A stretch of 64,000 nt of DNA from the NCBI RefSeq assembly GCF_018350175.1, contig NC_058368.1, positions 174,036,001 to 174,100,000 of the forward strand, written 5' to 3'. Below, in pieces: positions 35,661-49,319 of the stretch (its first letter is position 1; every line of letters begins with the position of its first letter). Origin of the DNA: Felis catus (taxonomy: Eukaryota). The notes under the pieces are model-generated. The model was not told the DNA's origin, searched no databases, and saw only the letters and a program-made list of their open reading frames with translations. Position numbers and translations under genes: made by a program.

Positions 35661-35752
35661 CTGCCGCGGGCGGCTGCCTGAGGCGCCCTCCAATCACGCC
35701 CCTCAGCCAGGCCCTGACGTGCTACCGCTCCCCTTCCAGATGGGAAATTCAA

Positions 35753-35753
<1 letters not shown>

Positions 35754-35793
<40 letters not shown>

Positions 35794-35960
35794 CCTCTCC
35801 TCTCCTCTCCTCTCCTCTCCTCTCCACTCTCTCCTCTCTCTCTCCCCCCTCTCTCCTCCCTCTCTCCTCTCTTCCTCCTCCCCTTCCTCTCCCTTTCCCA
35901 TTCTTCCTCCTTCTCCCCTCTTTTCTCTCTCTACTCTCCTTCCTCCTCCACCCTTCGCTG
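35754..35960. repeat. ~200 bp polypyrimidine/polypurine tract, (CT)n then (CCTCT)n, immediately upstream of the CPLX2 promoter
   Basis: Almost exclusively C/T on the plus strand; followed by a C20 run at 36002-36021. Confidence 0.92.
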
Positions 35961-37432
35961 TCCCCTCCACCCCCGCCCCCAGAAGACACCCCCGCCAATC
36001 CACCCCCCCCCCCCCCCCCCCGCAGCCACTTGTCCTGGCCAAAGCTCTTAGGACCACAAGCTTGTTGCTTCAATGCACTGAGGGCACAGTGATGGGTCAG
36101 GGGATGGAGGAAGGGTTCTTTAAAGCAAAACTCAAAGATCACCTGCTTGGGAAAGTCCTCCTGATTCCTCCAGGAAGAATTGGTCCCACTCTTCTCAGGG
36201 TTTCTGCCATCCCTAGACACATGCCTGTTTCAGAGGCAATTGTTGCTCTATTTTGCTTACCTCTTGCCTGTGAGCTCCTATAGGACAGGGCCACCATCAG
36301 ACCATCTTTACGGCCCCTCAGCATCATGTCCTGCCACAGGAGTACTCAAGAAACATTGATGGATCATGTGGTAAGGCTCCAATAGGGGCTAAGGAGTCCT
36401 TCCTGTGGACCCAGAGGGAGAAGATTGCTGCAAAATTTGCTGATTGCCAATCCCTTGTAGATCTGGTATCCTGTGCAGAATAAGGAATCTGTCGCAAACT
36501 TTATTCTAGAAGCCTATTTCTTTCTCTTGTAGGCCCAGGGCGGAAACGGGACCTCCAAGAGGTAGGGGGACATCTGTCCATATCCCTCAAGACTTTCCTC
36601 TCCCACTTACACTCATTTCTCATTTTATTACTCTCTCCTAATGAGTCTTTCCATTCTGCCTGCCATCTTTTGGCTCTAAAATGCTTCCTTTAATCCAGAC
36701 CGATCTGTAAGAAAATGACTTAGGGGAGGAGGGGCCTTATATCATGCCTTTGAAAGATTTGCAGGAGTTTGTGCATCAATCAGGGTTATGCCAGAGTGTA
36801 GATGACTTCTGCTTCTGTAAGGGGATGGCTTCCTTCCCAGGAGGAAGCAGCAAGAGCTGCAGAGGGACAGGATTGGGAGAGGAAGGAGGTGTGGTTTGTG
36901 TGATTTTTGTTCCAAAAGGAGGGGACTATTCCTTTACACAAGTTCACAGCAGAGTCCTCAAAGTGAGGGACTTCCACAGGTCAGAGGCCATTGGCGGAAC
37001 CACCCTTCTTACCTGGAGAGTCATCTTTGAAGCTCATCTCTATTCTCCCCTTATAGGCTATGGGGCTTGGTATAGGGAAAGCCCTTCATTTATGGCTGAG
37101 TTCTGTTTAACACTGTGTTGGGCCATCAGCATGCTCATTTTTAATTTTCTTCCTTTTCCTGAGGCAGACACTAATGGGGGGGGGGGCAGTGGGGAGGCTG
37201 TTTGATTAGAGTGACTTAGACTTGCCACTAATGCCTGAGGGGAGTTCTGGGCAGGGAGATCTGATATTATGCCATTTTAAGACTCACAGTCCTCCTCCTC
37301 TCTCTCCTTCTCCCTCCTTTCTTCCTGTTCTTCCAGAGCAGAAGCTCGGTGAATGGGACCTGGCTGGCAGCCCTCTACTTACAGTTGGGGTTTTTCCACA
37401 ATGGGCATTGTCTTTAACATGGACATCAACCA

Positions 37433-37628
37433 GGATGCCCTGGTGGCTCAGTCAGTTAAGCCTCCTACTTCATTCGGCTCAGGTCATGATCTCACAGTTC
37501 GTGAGTTTGAGCCCTGCATTGGGGTCTCTGCTGTCAGCACAGAGCCCGTTTTGGATCCTCTCTCCCATCCCTCCCCCACTCTCTCTCTCTCTTTCTCTCT
37601 CTCAAATAAATAAAACATTAAAAAAATA
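37433..37628 (+). mobile_element. Can-SINE (older)
   Basis: tggtggctcagtcagttaag head, (CT)n and aaataaataaaacattaaaa tail; direct repeat gacatcaacca at 37422-37432 and 37631-37641. Confidence 0.88.
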
Positions 37629-37718
37629 GAGACATCAACCAAGCTGGGATAAACATCCAACTTAGCCCTCAGAAAAATACTGAGCTCGGCTCTGGACACC
37701 ATACTTTAAGATAGTTTA

Positions 37719-37933
37719 GGGGTGCCTGGGTAGCTCAGTCAGTCCAGCTTTGGCTCAGGTCATGATATCACCGTTCGTGGGTTCAAGCCCCATGTTGGGC
37801 TCTGTGCTGACAGCTCAGAGCCTGGAGCCTGCTTCAGATTCTGTGTCTCCCCCTCTCTCTCTGCCCCTCCCCCACTACACTCTGTCTCTGTCTCTTTCTC
37901 AAAAATAAACATTAAAACTATTTTTTAAAAAAA
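37719..37933 (+). mobile_element. Can-SINE (older)
   Basis: ggggtgcctgggtagctcagtc head, gctctgtgctgacagctcagagcctggagcctgcttc body, A-rich tail. Confidence 0.9.
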
Positions 37934-40900
37934 TGGATTCAATAAGCTTGCATATGTTTAGGGAAAAAAAGGGTAGTTTGGTGGTGGGTGTCTGGAAATC
38001 ATGTCATATGGGTGAAAGTTGAAGGATTTGAGGGTGTTTCATCTGGAGGAGAGAATGCTGAGAGGCCAAGTCTTGCTCAGTTTATAACTCTGGCACTTAG
38101 CATGGTGCCTGGCAAAGTAGGTGCTAAGGAAATGCTTGTGGTTGAATGAATGACCACTGCAAGCAAAATGGAGTACTATTGTTTTCATCAGCCCTGAAGA
38201 CAGAACTAGGGCAATGGGGGAAAGGTAAAGGCAGGCAGACAGAAGCTCTAAGAGGAAAAATCTTCTGTCAGTTGGAGCTGTCTAGCCATAGCGTAGACTG
38301 CCTCATGTTAGGTAGTGAGTTCTCCATTCCCTGGAAAATGACAGTTGGGTGGCAGGTGACAGCTAAAGCCCCCTTTGAACCCAAGCTTCTGTGAATCTAT
38401 AAAATACTGTATGAGCTGACATGAATCATGTCAGCTGCAGAAAATCTTACTGGTGGATAAAAGGACAGCTCAGTCAAGCCTTGTTGGCTTCATCCTGTTG
38501 AATAATTAGGGGCAAATCAGGGCACTTTAGCTACTGATACTTTCTGTTGAAGAAAGATGGCGGACAGCTGAATACTTGCTCCCTGTTCACTCTTGCCAGC
38601 CTAGACATAGTTCCTAAATACTCCACTGTCAATGTAGGCAAGTCATTAAATATTATAACCATTTTCTAATGATTATAATACTACTAGTCATAGCAACCAT
38701 CAGGCCCCCATTATATCTCAGGCACTTAGTTTGGTGCTTTGCATAAATTACATTCTCTCCTTTAGTTCACACAAACCTCTGTTTCCAAGATGAGGAAGTC
38801 GATCTCCTGGGAGACGCAGTGGGTCTTTGGCATAGCCAGGATTCTAGCCCAGGCCTGCCTGATGCTCAGCTCTGGGGTCCTTTAAACCCCCCCCCCCCCC
38901 CCCCCCCCCGCCGCTGCGTCTCTTCTGACACATCCCACAGCCTATGGAAATGTAACTTTTGCTCTTCAGATTTTTTTCACATTGACATTTATCGTCCTCC
39001 CTGTTCTCCAGTTTCTCACTTAAAAAAAAATAAAAACACAAAAAACCGCCTTGAATTCACACCCAGATTAGGGTCTTCGTGTCATGTGGGTTGTCTGCAT
39101 TTTCTTCATCTCCCGCATCTCTAATCCAGCCCGCTGTGAGTCCCCCTCCCCCAGCCAGCCTCAGGGTCTTGTGGAGCCTGCTCTGTAGACAGCTTCTAAG
39201 AGTCACCTGGTAAAATGTGGATGTGGCTCTGCAAGGTGTCTCACCCTGGCTTGTGCTGGATCTCCACTTCTATTTGTGAGCCCTGTGGTCTGGGGCAGGG
39301 GGCCAGATTCGAACAGATTTTTAAAATTACGTGTACGTGCCTTGACTGTTCACTAGGAAGCCAATCAAGAGAGCTAATGTCAGTACTTTGTGTGAGGATC
39401 GAGGAACAGTGTGTGAAGAATGACAACTGTTACAGACCATAAAGGCAGTGATCAGTGAGAACGGCGTTTGTCCAAAGGTCAGCCCATTTCTTCCCTGCAG
39501 TTGTCTCAGCCCAGAGGGCACTCTGGATGCAGTGTGGGATGTGAGGAAGAGATTGCTGGCTGGGCTGACCTCAGCTGGGAGTTGAGCTGGTGGGTGTAGG
39601 GAGGCTTCTGAGTGCTGGAGACCTTGACTCCACAACCTGCCATTCTAGCTTGAGCCTGGAGGGGCAGAATTGGTCTTGGTTTGAGGGGGTGGCTGTGTGC
39701 CAGAGGCAGAAACAGAACTGTGGGGGTGGCGCACAGGGGAAGGGCTCTAGGCCAACTTGCTCATCTGACGAGTGCCTCCCATCTTGTCACTGATAACGGC
39801 GAGGGTGCCACGGTCAGGATGTAAGGCCAGGGGCCCAGTCTGTCTCTTTCAACATGGAGTGGCAATGTGAAGGCAAACCCGTTGTTGTGCAATGGTGCAT
39901 AAGTGCGTGTGCCCACCAGTGTGGGACCGTGTAGGCGGCAGTGGACAGCATCCATGTGGAGGGACATAGGTGCTGGGAGGCCAGATGTAGGTCTGTTGCC
40001 ATGTGATCCACAGCGTGTGGTGGTGTATCCTTCCGGATGTGGAGTGTCTCTGGTGTGACTGTATCATCGGGTATAAAGCCAAGAGGGTTGTTGTTACAGC
40101 GGGATGTGTAATGGCATTGTGTGAAGGTTTGGGTGTAAGACATCGTTGCCATGTATAGCTGTGCAGGTTGTGCAGTGTACAACCACAGAAGGCACTATTC
40201 ACATAGACTGTGCCAGACGCGAAGGCTCTGGGGACGTGCCACCATTTCTGTGTAATGACGTATGTCTAGGTGTCACTGTCAACGAGAGATGATACAGGTG
40301 ACAGGATGTTACCGTCAACGTGAAATGGTGCCATCATTGGTGGGAAGAGTGTAAATGTAAGTGTGTCACAATGGACTGGCACATGTGTCACTGTCGTCGT
40401 TGGGGCCGAACGGGTGTGTCTGTGCAGCCAGGAGTGTGTTATCCCACTGCGCAGGCATACAGGCGAAATGCGTCACTGAATATGACTGATCCCTCCTTTT
40501 CCATTTTCCCCCACCGGAGAGACCCTTGGTAGCCCAACCTGCTAGCTCTTGCCCCATGCAGGAAGCTGCATAAACCTTTGGATTCTCCATTATCCACTTT
40601 TGTTTCTCAGAAAGAGGGTTCCAGGCTCCCCATCTGAACCATGACTCATTGGTGTTGCACATAGTGTGTGTGTGGGAATCCCTGAGGAGCCCCTCTCTAT
40701 CCCAGAGCCCTGCCCCCAAGTCAGAGCTCCTCCCCAGCCCAGCGTCCTCCTGTCAGCTCTTTGGAGGTCCTCTGCCACCCTTCATCCCATCCCTACCCGG
40801 ATCCAGGCACTCATTAGCATGTCAAAGCAGTCCTTTTTCAGCCCACGCATTGTACCCTGGGATATCCCCACACAGTTAGCGCCCTCCCATCTTGAGCTTT

Positions 40901-42268
40901 CCTGAAACCTTACATTTTCATGTCTGCCACACCAGTCTGCGGTTCCCCCACCATCCGGCACAGGGAGGATATTGTGGTGGTAAATCCTTCCTCCCTTGCC
41001 TGGTTCTTTTTCCAGCTCTCTACTGGGACTTCTGCCTCCCCTCGTCCAATCTGAGCCCTTCCAACTCTCGAGGATGTGGTTGGACCAATCTTTCCATCAG
41101 AAATTCTTCCCAATGACCCTAGATGCTCGAATCACCCCGGAGCCAGACAATGCATCCCACCAAGCCTCATTTGAGTCTTAGTGCTAAACTTGCTCAGTCA
41201 TAATAGGTGAAGCATCAAAATTTGTTCTGTGTCCTCAGGAGGTTCCCCTTCCAGAATGTCACTCCATCCTTGTGACACTTGGTCCCTTTCCCCCTCCCCC
41301 CACGTGAAGCCCTGCTCAGAAAGACAGTTTTTTACACCTTAGAATCCTCTCCTTAGGCACATGGAAACAGAATAACAGAGCTCCAGAACACTAAAATCAT
41401 AAGCCAAAGGCCTTTTTGGGATAACGTTTAGAATCACAGAATCTAGAATGATAGGCTCTCTAACCACTGTATGGCCCACTCTTGCTCAGAGCCACTGGGG
41501 TGGAGGGCTTGCTAAAAAAATGGCAGACTTTTGGGCATCTTCCCGTGTGGACTGAACCAAAATCTCTGAGATGGGATCCCAGGAGTTTGCAACAGTATCA
41601 AGCCCCCCAGGTGGTTTTGATATACCCACTAGTTGGAAAACCCTTGCCTTGGGCCACTAGAATCTGAGAATCATATGATTCCGGGCCGTAGTCTTATAGA
41701 AAAAAAAAAAAAAAAATACTGAATCATGAAATCATAGAATATTTTAGGATTCACAGAAGCTTAGATTCAACTAATTACACACATTCACTCACAACTTTAG
41801 GATCTTAAATTCCATGAATCTTAACGCCTAGAATTATAGAGTTTGAAGTGACCCTGGAGTGCGATTTTGTTCCTGTTCTAGGAGGAAATTTTCTGTTTCA
41901 GCCTCATCGCTCCTTTTGGAATGGAAGGCTTTTTCCCCTGTCCCTCGCAGGGCTGCCTCCACGGTGTCGCCTACATTTGTGAAGATAAATGTTCTTTCCA
42001 TCTTGGTGCAAAGGCAGCTGGCAGAACCCCTGCATTTATGGAGCAAGTGAGTTGGAAATGACTTCTGCTTTTCATTTAGGACCAGCACACCCTGGCCCAC
42101 AAAATAGATCTTGCTCTTTGATAAAATGAATCTGAGGGGACATTATTGCTGTTTCATATTTGAGGAACGTGGACAACAGAGGTTACTAAGCTCAGGGAGC
42201 TTCTGGTCAAGGAAATGAAAGAGAAAGAGCGCCGAGGGATAGCCGAATGCTATTTTGGAGATTGATGG

Positions 42269-42270
<2 letters not shown>

Positions 42271-42314
<44 letters not shown>
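42271..42314. repeat. (GT)22 microsatellite
   Basis: Read directly. Confidence 0.95.
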
Positions 42315-42317
<3 letters not shown>

Positions 42318-42367
42318 GAGGGGAGTGAAGGGAAGGGGTTGAAACATACATGAAAAATCAGCAATGT

Positions 42368-42555
42368 GGGGCGCCTGGGTGGCACAGTCGGTTAAGCGTC
42401 CGGCTTCAGCCAGGTCACGATCTCGCGGTCCGTGAGTTCGAGCCCCACGTCAGGCTCTGGGCTGACGGCTCGGAGCCTGGAGCCTGTTTCCGATTCTGTG
42501 TCTCCCTCTCTCTGTCCCTCCCCCGTTCATGCTCTGTCTCTCTCTGTCCCAAAAA

Positions 42556-42594
<39 letters not shown>

Positions 42595-42604
42595 ATTAAA
42601 AAAA
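42368..42604 (+). mobile_element. Young feline Can-SINE with (AAAT)n tail
   Basis: CpG-intact body; perfect TSD gaaaaatcagcaatg at 42352-42366 and 42605-42619. Confidence 0.95.
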
Positions 42605-44659
42605 GAAAAATCAGCAATGAAAGGGTAACTTTCTGGTCATTTAACCCAGTGTTCTCAAGTTACAAGTGGGGAAACAGAGGCCCAGAAAAGGGAAGGGACT
42701 TTTTTAATGCCACACAGCTGGTTAATGAAATTCCTGACTCCTGGGTAAGTACTCCTTCTGAGTTACAACTCAGCATACAGCTCCACGCTTCTTAAAACAT
42801 GTCCAGCGTGCCAAGCATTGTTTTAGGGATGTTACAGATGTCAGCACTTCCAGCTGCACGACAACCCTACGTAGCAGCTATTTTTTTCACTCATTCATTC
42901 ATCAAAACATGCCAGGCACTCTCCTAGACGGACAAAGATGTATAGGATGTTTCAGAGTTTCCCTTTCCCCTCTTGAGTCCACAACGAGAGATGCAAATAT
43001 TCCACAGAGGGATAGCACATAGACAAATTCACGCGCTCAAGATCCCTTCAGATTGGAGCCTCCGATTCGAAGCACTCAGAAGCAAGCGGGGGAGAGATGG
43101 CCGCAAACAGTTGATGATAATACAACATGCTAAGTGCTGTCCTAGTGAAGAGGCAGCTCTGGGGAGCAGAATGAAATACACACAGCTTGCAAGCCAGATG
43201 GGACTGGAAGCCCGAAGCGGGGAAAGGACAGGGTGGCTGTCTCCGGGGCGGCCAAGTCATCTTGGGCTCTGGCCGCATAGGGACGTGGGTTCAAGCTCAG
43301 CAGCTTTCTGCACCCAGCACCACCCTCGAAACCAGACGGCGTGACTTTTCTCTCAGACTCAGTTTCCTCCTCAGTGAAGTGGGGGGATGATCCCGACCTC
43401 CCAGGGCGATTGTGAGGCTCAGATAAAGGCACCGTTTAGGAAACAGCAGCACAGTAGTCTCAGCAAACATTAATTCTCTTTCCTTCCAACACCTGAGTAA
43501 GGTAGGCATTTCCTCTGGCGTTTTGGGCAATGCGACCACTAGACACAACCTTTTAGTGATCTTGGTCAGAAAACTCTGCCTCATGATTTCCTCGAGTTTG
43601 TTTAAGTTGCGATGAGAATGAAAAGAATTGGAAGTTTAGAGGAAAATAGGAGAGATGTTCCTTCTACCTGTTCGCCCCTTCTTTGGGCTTCCTCCCTTCC
43701 TCTGTGGCACACAGGGGATTGGGATATTGTGTTCCCAAACAGGAACCGCTTGAAGGAAGCCCAGAGGGGGCTTGGACTTCAGGCCCAAGAGCGGGAGGAA
43801 TTTTCCACCCACAAATCTAAAAATGGCTGCTCTGTGCCACTCAACCTCCAGTTGTTTCTTTCTGGCAGGAAAACAAAATAAAACCAAACCACCTTTCCTT
43901 TGGCAAACAAGATGTTGGGGAGGTCTTGGGAAGATGAAGCTGGGGGAAAAGAAGGGCTGAAGAGGAAGAAGTTTTCATTCACCGAGCCTCCCGCTGTAGG
44001 AGGTGATTCACAGTCTTCGTTTGATTTAATCTCCACACCATGCCTCCATTACCTTAAATGTCATTACCTCTACTTCATATTCATATAGGGATATTCAGAC
44101 TCAGAGAGGTTAAGCACCGTGTTCAGGATGACACGGCCAAGAAGTAGTAGCATCAGCATTTGAGCTTAGTGTAGCTCTGCAGCTGGCCATATTTCCGAAG
44201 GGAGATTAAATGGGTTTCTGGAAGCTGAGCCTGGGCCTGCAGTTTTGGGGCGACTGGTCCCAGAGTTTGGATGACCCTGCTAGGACGCCTATATGGGGAT
44301 CTTGCCATAGGCTGGTCCTTAATGAGCCTGAGTGTTCCAGGTCTGAAGGCGATCAAAAGGGATGGGGGCTGTAGCTCAGGACCCCTGAATTATGCCCTAA
44401 GGATTTATGTAAGAAATCTCCTTCTGTGGTAGCCCTCCGCTCACTTCTGCTCAGTTTGCTGCAGCCTAGCTCTTAAGATCAGCTATCTAACCATTGCTCC
44501 TGCCTCTGCTCCTGCCTTGAGATTGACTTTCTAATTGGCTTCCAGAACTGTAGGAGAATCATAGCTTTCCAAAACATGGGTCGGACCGTGGCATTCCCCT
44601 CCTTAAAACACATGGTGGTCACAGCTTATTTTGCCACTTAGCACCCACTCCTCCCTTAT

Positions 44660-45125
44660 GTGGCATCAGCTTTGGAAGAGCCAACGTGTGTATTTCATTT
44701 GAACCTGTGGGTGGATCACATGACCTGGGCTGAGCCAATCAGCACATATGGTTCCCCTGGTCCCCCAGATCAGTTCAGCAATAAGCACAGGACCAAAATC
44801 AGATCAGTCAGGGCTAGAGAGACTCAATTTTGGGAAATGGACTCTCCTCTGAGCTCCACTGTGATGTGAACTGAGGTTCTCAGGAACCACCACATGGAGC
44901 CTTAGAATGGGGATCAACTTAGAGCCAGCAGAGTCAAGAAAAGGAGAGCAGGGAAATCTTAGCCTGGTGACATTGTTTATACCTTGGATCAAGCTGTGCC
45001 TGCAGCTCTCCTGGGTCTTGTCATTTTTGTGAGCCAATAACTAACCCTTCCCTTTTGTTCTTGTTAAAGCTATTTTGAGTTGTGTTTTTCTTTATGTGCA
45101 ACCAAAAGGATCTTAACTGATACAC
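44660..45125 (+). mobile_element. Old MaLR LTR (MLT1H/J/K-like)
   Basis: gatcacatgacctgggctgagccaatcag, ctggatcaagctgtgcctg, gagccaataa and ...caaccaaaaggatcttaactgataca end. Confidence 0.65.
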
Positions 45126-46869
45126 AAATCCTTTGATGTGTTCACGTTGCCTTCAGGAGAGAGTTCAAGTCCTTTAAATTGGATTTTAAGGCTCTCGGTG
45201 ATCAGACCCTGACCTCTCTCTCCAGACACCTTCTATGTTGATCCCTGGACGTGCCATCACCTGGTGTTTCTGAGCCTTTGCCCATGCTGTTTGCCCCCTG
45301 AGGAATGGCCTCGTCTGCTCTGTTCTCTTGGTAAGCCTCTGCTTTGACCATCAAGGCTCAGCTAAGGCATAAAGAAATCCCTCCTGGGAAACAGGACTGA
45401 AGCAGAAGTTTTCTCTTTGCTCCCACGTGGACCTTTACACTGTAGCACCAATGAAACTAAACTTGACACTTAAGGTTGGATTCCTTGTCTGAGTTTCTCC
45501 CTAGATTTTGAACTCTTTGAGGATGGAGACTCATTGAGGATGAGGGAGTCATCCATTCAGCAAATATGGACTGAACATCTACTACATGTCAGAGGCTCCT
45601 CTAGGTGCTGGGGATTAACAGTGAACAAATGTACCAATTTCCCTCTTGTCTGGCAGGGAAAGCAGACGCCGATCGAGTAAACACAGGGGGTCTGGGTCAT
45701 TTCAGAAAGCGGTAGGGCTGTGACATAATAAGACAAGGGGATGCCTGCTTCATGGTTTCTGGGCTTGGAGCCTAAAGGAGGGCCAGGCTCCAAGCAGGGC
45801 CTCGGGAAGTGGCCATTTAATGAATGAATAAGGAACATCCCCTGAGTCTTTCTTTATGACTCTACCAGTAACTCAGGACTCTACCAGAACCTCTTTGATA
45901 GTCATTTATTTCCCATTTTCAGCCTACACCCCCTCTTGGGGTGTAGTTATATAAATGACATTTTTTTATGTGTACAACACACCTTTCCTGATGGGAGTTG
46001 AACAAAGGCCACATTCTCTTTGACTTCATGGTGCGGCTCCATCCTTGTCTTGGTCTGGCATCAGGAAGCCGTGCGCTCCTCTCCCTGACTTTGATCAAGG
46101 CTCCCACTGGCCTTCATCTTTCCAGTCCTCACTCATCTGTCTCCTCCACAGGCCTATTGCCAGCCCTTTGATCAGCTCTGTGACTCTTCTGGGCTTTATC
46201 TGGCACCATTAAGACGATGAGACTTCATCCTGTTTTGTGTCACTCCCATGCTCAAAAGCTTTCGATGACTCACTATTGCCTACAGCATCAAGTCCAGACC
46301 CACAAGGGCTTCCCTTGATCTGACTTCCGCCTCCTTTGCAGCCTGTTTACCATGACTGCTCTCCTACAGAGCACTCATTTGCTGTGGAGCACTCAACACC
46401 TCCGGTGTTCATTTATTCCTCTATTAATTTACATGTCCTTGGATGTCTTCTCCCGCAGGATCATAAGCTGTTTGAGGGCAAGGATCATATCTTGCTCATC
46501 CCTGAGTCTCCAGCACCAAACCCAAGGCCTTCTCCACTGTGAATGCTCAACAAATCTTTCCAGAGGTGAAAATCTGTGCACGACATTGCCCCACCTGCTT
46601 AGGATTGACGTGGCTTGTCCTGCCGCATCAGTCTTGAGGTCCCCATCTCAGGGCCAGACTTAGTCCCCTTATTGGGGTATAGACCACAATAATAATTCTG
46701 GCATTCTTGTTTAAATCTTGTACTTGTTCTCACCACCCCCCCCCCCCCGCCTTTTTTTTTCATTCTTAGTCCACACACCTAATCCCATGATTTCCTTCCA
46801 TGCTTTGGCCTCATCACTGTGGCATTTTGTCATTGGGATATTTTTGGTGTTATTAGCTATGTTGATATA

Positions 46870-47390
46870 CATTTTTGTCCTGTTTGGTATCTCTTTGGAG
46901 TCCCTGTCCTCCCGTACTCTTAGGCTTTATGGTCTGAGTGGAGTTAACTCCATGCCCCACTTCCATGGGTGAGCAATAGACCTATAGCAGCCAATTAGAA
47001 CATTATTAGTTGTGGCCACAGTGATTGGCTCAGGGAAGGCAAGTGACACAAGCTAAGCCAATGAGAGCCAGCTCTGGGATTTTAGCTAGAACCAATGGGA
47101 AAGATGCTTTCTATTTCTATAGGATTTGCAGAGCTGGCAGAATGTGGGCCTGAGCAGCTGGGCTGTTTTGCCGTCACCCAGGGAGAGCCTGCCAGAGGGT
47201 GATGCCAACACAGAGAAGAGCAGAGCCAAGGGGAGGATAGGAGACAAATTTCTGATGACAGTGTCTGAGTGCCCAGTTCCTGATGTGCCTTTAAGCATCA
47301 TCTTCTCCTGTACTTTTCCATTTTGTGATCAATAAATGTTGCCTTTCTACTTAAGTTTTTTTGAATGAGGTTTCTGTCTCTGCCACCTAG
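46870..47390 (+). mobile_element. Old MaLR LTR (MLT1J/K-like)
   Basis: ggccacagtgattggctcagg...gtgacacaagctaagccaatgaga motif and a downstream aataaa. Confidence 0.6.
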
Positions 47391-48394
47391 GAGAAACCTG
47401 CCGGAAACTGTAACTTTGAAGCTGTGTGTCCCTTCCTTCACAAAACTTCTAATCAAGCAGGACCTGACTCTGGAAGGACCCTTCGTTTAGTAGTCTCAAT
47501 GTTCCAAGAAGGAACCCATCATCCTGGTCCCAGTTCTTGATCTCTAAGCCGCCTCCTCACCTGTATAGCATGATTCCATGGTCGTGTTGATTTGAGGGAG
47601 AGAAGGGGCTCACACTGTGGGTCCATACTCAAAGCTTTGCCAAAGCTCAAGTTTCATATCCACGGATCCCAGTTCATATATCCACATCCCCTCAAAAATG
47701 CACATATTTTTGCCAACAGCTCTGCAATTTCACCCTTGAGTGGCATCAGCATTCTTGGGCGGGTGCCATCCATTCCTGGCAATTTGTCTGCATCTTGTTT
47801 GTCAACTGGAGTTGGAACATTTGCCCGCCAGAGCAGTGCCTTTGGCGCCCCTACTTCCAAAAGACAATTTGGGAGCAGGAATTGCCCTGAGGTCCTCCTC
47901 AGTCACAGCTGAGGCTGAGGCTCTCAGATGTTCTAGATATCTTTTTTTTCATCTCTGAGCTCTCTCCCAGAGCTGCGATCATCAAGCATCTCAACGGTCC
48001 TTTATCTGACCTGCTTTCCATTTGATGGACTTGAAAAATCTCTGATTCTTGGCCCTACAGTCCATCTCAAGGTGACTTTGGGGTGTCTTTGGACTGCATC
48101 ATTTCAAAGCCTCACCGCCCCAGATAGGCTTCCTGATTCTAAGTCATCAGTTTTTAAAGATTTTCCAAAAGATTCCTTTTTCCTTGTAACAGCCTCTCCT
48201 TAGCTTGTTGCTTTGTTTTGTTCTCTTTCTCACTGTTACCGTCAGACTCTGCTGGCCTGTGGTTGGAGGAGGGAGGAGGTCCTACGCTATCTTGGGACGC
48301 CACCATCTCAGCATGTAGGTTCTAGGGTCACTGTGGTGGGAAGAGAGAGCTGGGGTGTCACATAGCTCCCCACAGCCCCGGCTGGGAGATGATC

Positions 48395-48820
48395 TTACAG
48401 GTTAGCTTCTGTTTGCTTCTCCAGCTCTGCTCCCCCCACCATATCTGTGCCCAGGAGGCTGGTCTATATGGACCAATCAACAGGTTCCCTTTGTCCTCTG
48501 GCTTCTGGTTGGGTTCTATCAGTGGGAGGCCCCAGCAGGGTTTGGAGGCAGGAGGACAACAAGATCAGAGTGTCCCTTGGCTGAAGGCCACTGCTCCTGG
48601 CAGTGGTCCTTCCTACACATGTCCCCTCTGCAGGCTTGGCAACCACTCCCTCCTCGTCCTTTAGGCTCAGAGGTGGTAATGGCTCTGCACTAATGCTGGC
48701 CCTGGAGAACTGTGCTAGCCGTTGTGAAATCTGCCAGTTCTGCCCGCCCCTTAATGAAGCTCTCCTCAAATGGTCCACATGGAACGTTCCGTGTTTCCTG
48801 CCAGGATTCTCACTGATATT
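48395..48820 (+). mobile_element. LTR33-like ERV-L solo LTR
   Basis: ctgtgcccaggaggctgg...atcaacaggttccctttgtcctctggcttctggttggg and end tttcctgccaggattctcactgata resemble the recalled LTR33 consensus. Confidence 0.6.
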
Positions 48821-49319
48821 GACACTTATGTTCACCATTCATTGGCCAGATCTAGTGCCTTGGGCCAGCTGATTGCAAGGGGCTAGGAAGCACGGAGCCG
48901 CTTGCGCTCAGGGAGAGGGTTATGACAGGTGTGGATGTGCTCTGGCCTCCACCACAGGCCAACAGCTCCCAGTCCTTGGCATGGAACACTCTGGGATCCC
49001 AGTAAGTTCCTTCCAAATGAGTCCCCACACCTCTTATAGCATACTGCTCTTTGAAGCTCCTCTCCCAGGGCACAGCAGAATGCAAGGAGCTTTAGGTTCC
49101 TGTCCTGACTTTGCTGGGTCCTCACTGTGTGACTTCGGGCAAGCCAATCTCTCTCTCTGAGCTAAGTTTCCTCACTTGCAAAAAAAGGGTATTGGCACTT
49201 ATGTTGCAGGTGCACTGTGGGGCTTAGATAGGGCATGCACAGGCCCTGGCACGCCAGAGGCTTGCAGGAAATGGCAGTTAGAATTAACCATCACATCCAT
49301 GCCTTGGAAAGATCAGCAT

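Larger units (their letters stand above)
33990..35730. promoter_or_regulatory. CpG island / CPLX2 promoter and proximal intron 1
   Basis: Visibly dense CpG and GC content. CCAAT at 35690-35694, CRE-like TGACGTG at 35715-35721, AP-1 TGACTCA at 34998-35004. Confidence 0.8.

Noticed and set aside
35075..36283. 402-aa ORF and overlapping 253-262-aa ORFs across the promoter
   Set aside because: Open only because the CpG island and C/T tract lack stop codons; low-complexity S/L/P or R/E/G peptide with no recognisable domain.
42368..42450. tRNA-like A/B box sequence
   Set aside because: Head of a tRNA-derived Can-SINE, not a tRNA gene; the same applies to the other SINE copies.
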